From Tubiluchus corallicola (lineage: Eukaryota; Animalia; Priapulida), in the NCBI GenBank assembly GCA_030141605.1, contig JAQGDQ010000737.1, forward strand, positions 40,409 to 104,408: 64,000 nt of DNA. Direction: 5' to 3'. The position numbers were made by a program, and so were the translations under genes. How positions within the stretch are numbered: position 1 is the first letter of the stretch; each line of letters starts with the position of its first letter. Shown piece after piece: positions 61,458 through 64,000 of this stretch. The notes below the pieces were generated by a model, which had not been told where the DNA came from, ran no database searches, and saw only the letters and a program-made list of their open reading frames with translations.

Positions 61458-64000
61458 TTTACATGGAAAGTATACTTGTTCGTTTATGCAGTAAATCCTC
61501 GGTTAACAACTCTCAGTTTACGTGGAAAGTATACTTGTTCATTTATGCAGTAAGTCCTCGCTTAACAACTCCCAGTTTACGTGGAAAGTATACTTGTTCA
61601 TTTATGCAGTAAGTCCTCGCTTAACAACTCCCAGTTTACATGGAAAGTATACTTGTTCATTTATGCAGTAAGTCCTCGCTTAACAACTCTCAGTTTAGCG
61701 ACGTTTCAAGTATACTTGTTCATTTATGCAGTAAGTCCTCGCTTAACAACTCCCAGTTTACGTGGAAAGTATACTTGTTCATTTATGCAGTAAGTCCTCG
61801 CTTAACAACTCCCAGTTTACGTGGAAAGTATACTTGTTCATTTATGCAGTAAGTCCTCGCTTAACAACTCCCAGTTTACGTGGAAAGTATACTTGTTCAT
61901 TTATGCAGTAAGTCCTCGCTTAACAACTCCCAGTTTACGTGGAAAGTATACTTGTTCATTTATGCAGTAAGTCCTCGCTTAACAACTCCCAGTTTACGTG
62001 GAAAGTATACTTGTTCATTTATGCAGTAAGTCCTCGCTTAACAACTCCCAGTTTACGTGGAAAGTATACTTGTTCATTTATGCAGTAAGTCCTCGCTTAA
62101 CAACTCCCAGTTTACGTGGAAAGTATACTTGTTCATTTATGCAGTAAGTCCTCGCTTAACAACTCCCAGTTTACGTGGAAAGTATACTTGTTCATTTATG
62201 CAGTAAGTCCTCGCTTAACAACTCCCAGTTTACGTGGAAAGTATACTTGTTCATTTATGCAGTAAGTCCTCGCTTAACAACTCCCAGTTTACGTGGAAAG
62301 TATACTTGTTCATTTATGCAGTAAGTCCTCGCTTAACAACTCCCAGTTTACGTGGAAAGTATACTTGTTCATTTATGCAGTAAGTCCTCGCTTAACAACT
62401 CCCAGTTTACGTGGAAAGTATACTTGTTCATTTATGCAGTAAGTCCTCGCTTAACAACTCCCAGTTTACGTGGAAAGTATACTTGTTCATTTATGCAGTA
62501 AGTCCTCGCTTAACAACTCCCAGTTTACGTGGAAAGTATACTTGTTCATTTATGCAGTAAGTCCTCGCTTAACAACTCCCAGTTTACGTGGAAAGTATAC
62601 TTGTTCATTTATGCAGTAAGTCCTCGCTTAACAACTCCCAGTTTACATGGAAAGTATACTTGTTCATTTATGCAGTAAGTCCTCGCTTAACAACTCCCAG
62701 TTTACGTGGAAAGTATACTTGTTCATTTATGCAGTAAGTCCTCGCTTAACAACTCCCAGTTTACGTGGAAAGTATACTTGTTCATTTATGCAGTAAGTCC
62801 TCGCTTAACAACTCCCAGTTTACGTGGAAAGTATACTTGTTCATTTATGCAGTAAGTCCTCGCTTAACAACTCCCAGTTTACGTGGAAAGTATACTTGTT
62901 CATTTATGCAGTAAGTCCTCGCTTAACAACTCCCAGTTTACGTGGAAAGTATACTTGTTCATTTATGCAGTAAGTCCTCGCTTAACAACTCCCAGTTTAC
63001 GTGGAAAGTATACTTGTTCATTTATGCAGTAAGTCCTCGCTTAACAACTCCCAGTTTACGTGGAAAGTATACTTGTTCATTTATGCAGTAAGTCCTCGCT
63101 TAACAACTCCCAGTTTACGTGGAAAGTATACTTGTTCATTTATGCAGTAAGTCCTCGCTTAACAACTCCCAGTTTACGTGGAAAGTATACTTGTTCATTT
63201 ATGCAGTAAGTCCTCGCTTAACAACTCCCAGTTTACGTGGAAAGTATACTTGTTCATTTATGCAGTAAGTCCTCGCTTAACAACTCCCAGTTTACATGGA
63301 AAGTATACTTGTTCATTTATGCAGTAAGTCCTCGCTTAACAACTCGTTTACATGGAAAGTATACTGTTCATTTATGCAGTAAGTCCTCGCTTAACAACTC
63401 CCAGTTTACGTGGAAAGTATACTTGTTCATTTATGCAGTAAGTCCTCGCTTAACAACTCCCAGTTTACATGGAAAGTATACTTGTTCATTTATGCAGTAG
63501 TCCTCGCTTAACAACTCCCAGTTTACATGGAAAATACTTGTTCATTTATGCAGTAAGTCCTCGCTTAACAACTCCCAGTTTACGTGGAAAGTATACTTGT
63601 TCATTTATGCAGTAAGTCCTCGCTTAACAACTCCCAGTTTACGTGGAAAGTATACTTGTTCATTTATGCAGTAAGTCCTCGCTTAACAACTCCCAGTTTA
63701 CATGGAAAGTATACTTGTTCATTTATGCAGTAAGTCCTCGCTTAACAACTCCCAGTTTACGTGGAAAGTATACTTGTTCATTTATGCAGTAAGTCCTCGC
63801 TTAACAACTCCCAGTTTACGTGGAAAGTATACTTGTTCATTTATGCAGTAAGTCCTCGCTTAACAACTCCCAGTTTACGTGGAAAGTATACTTGTTCATT
63901 TATGCAGTAAGTCCTCGCTTAACAACTCTCAGTTTACGTGGAAAGTATACTTGTTCATTTATGCAGTAAATCCTCGCTTAACAACTCTCAGTTTACGTGG
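61458..64000. repeat. Highly homogeneous 59-bp satellite, >=43 copies, running off the window
   Basis: Unit cgtggaaagtatacttgttcatttatgcagtaagtcctcgcttaacaactcccagttta; includes a Tigger-like TIR motif. Confidence 0.98.

Noticed and set aside
61418-63500. Satellite ORFs as a repeated TRAPPC9 exon
   Set aside because: Peptides do not resemble the expected next TRAPPC9 segment, a phase 0 join begins with TAA, and the unit is explained by a MITE terminus.

Overview
AT-rich, intron-rich invertebrate animal genomic DNA. It holds three + strand protein-coding genes: the last five coding exons of a ZNF341 orthologue (1175-7986), a complete three-coding-exon CCDC127 homologue (26606-30469), and the first 16 coding exons of TRAPPC9 (34236-59079, continuing past the window), including a 27-nt microexon. 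Between ZNF341 and CCDC127 lies a defective Ty3/Gypsy LTR retrotransposon (13287-20577). It has a ~2 kb 5' LTR containing a ~1.3 kb 17/18-bp repeat array, a perfect tRNA-Pro primer-binding site, an open gag, and a pol lacking protease and RT. An extra ORF after integrase is preceded by a strong splice acceptor and encodes a C2HC zinc finger plus a basic/Ser-rich tail. The 3' LTR is missing. Introns and intergenic DNA are packed with MITEs (Tc1/pogo-, hAT-, Harbinger-, piggyBac- and Kolobok-like), LINE remnants and about 13 unrelated minisatellite arrays. Several arrays are amplifications of a functional junction: a splice acceptor, a splice donor or a transposon terminus. All calls were made by eye; comparisons to human proteins and exon sizes are from memory, not from a database search.
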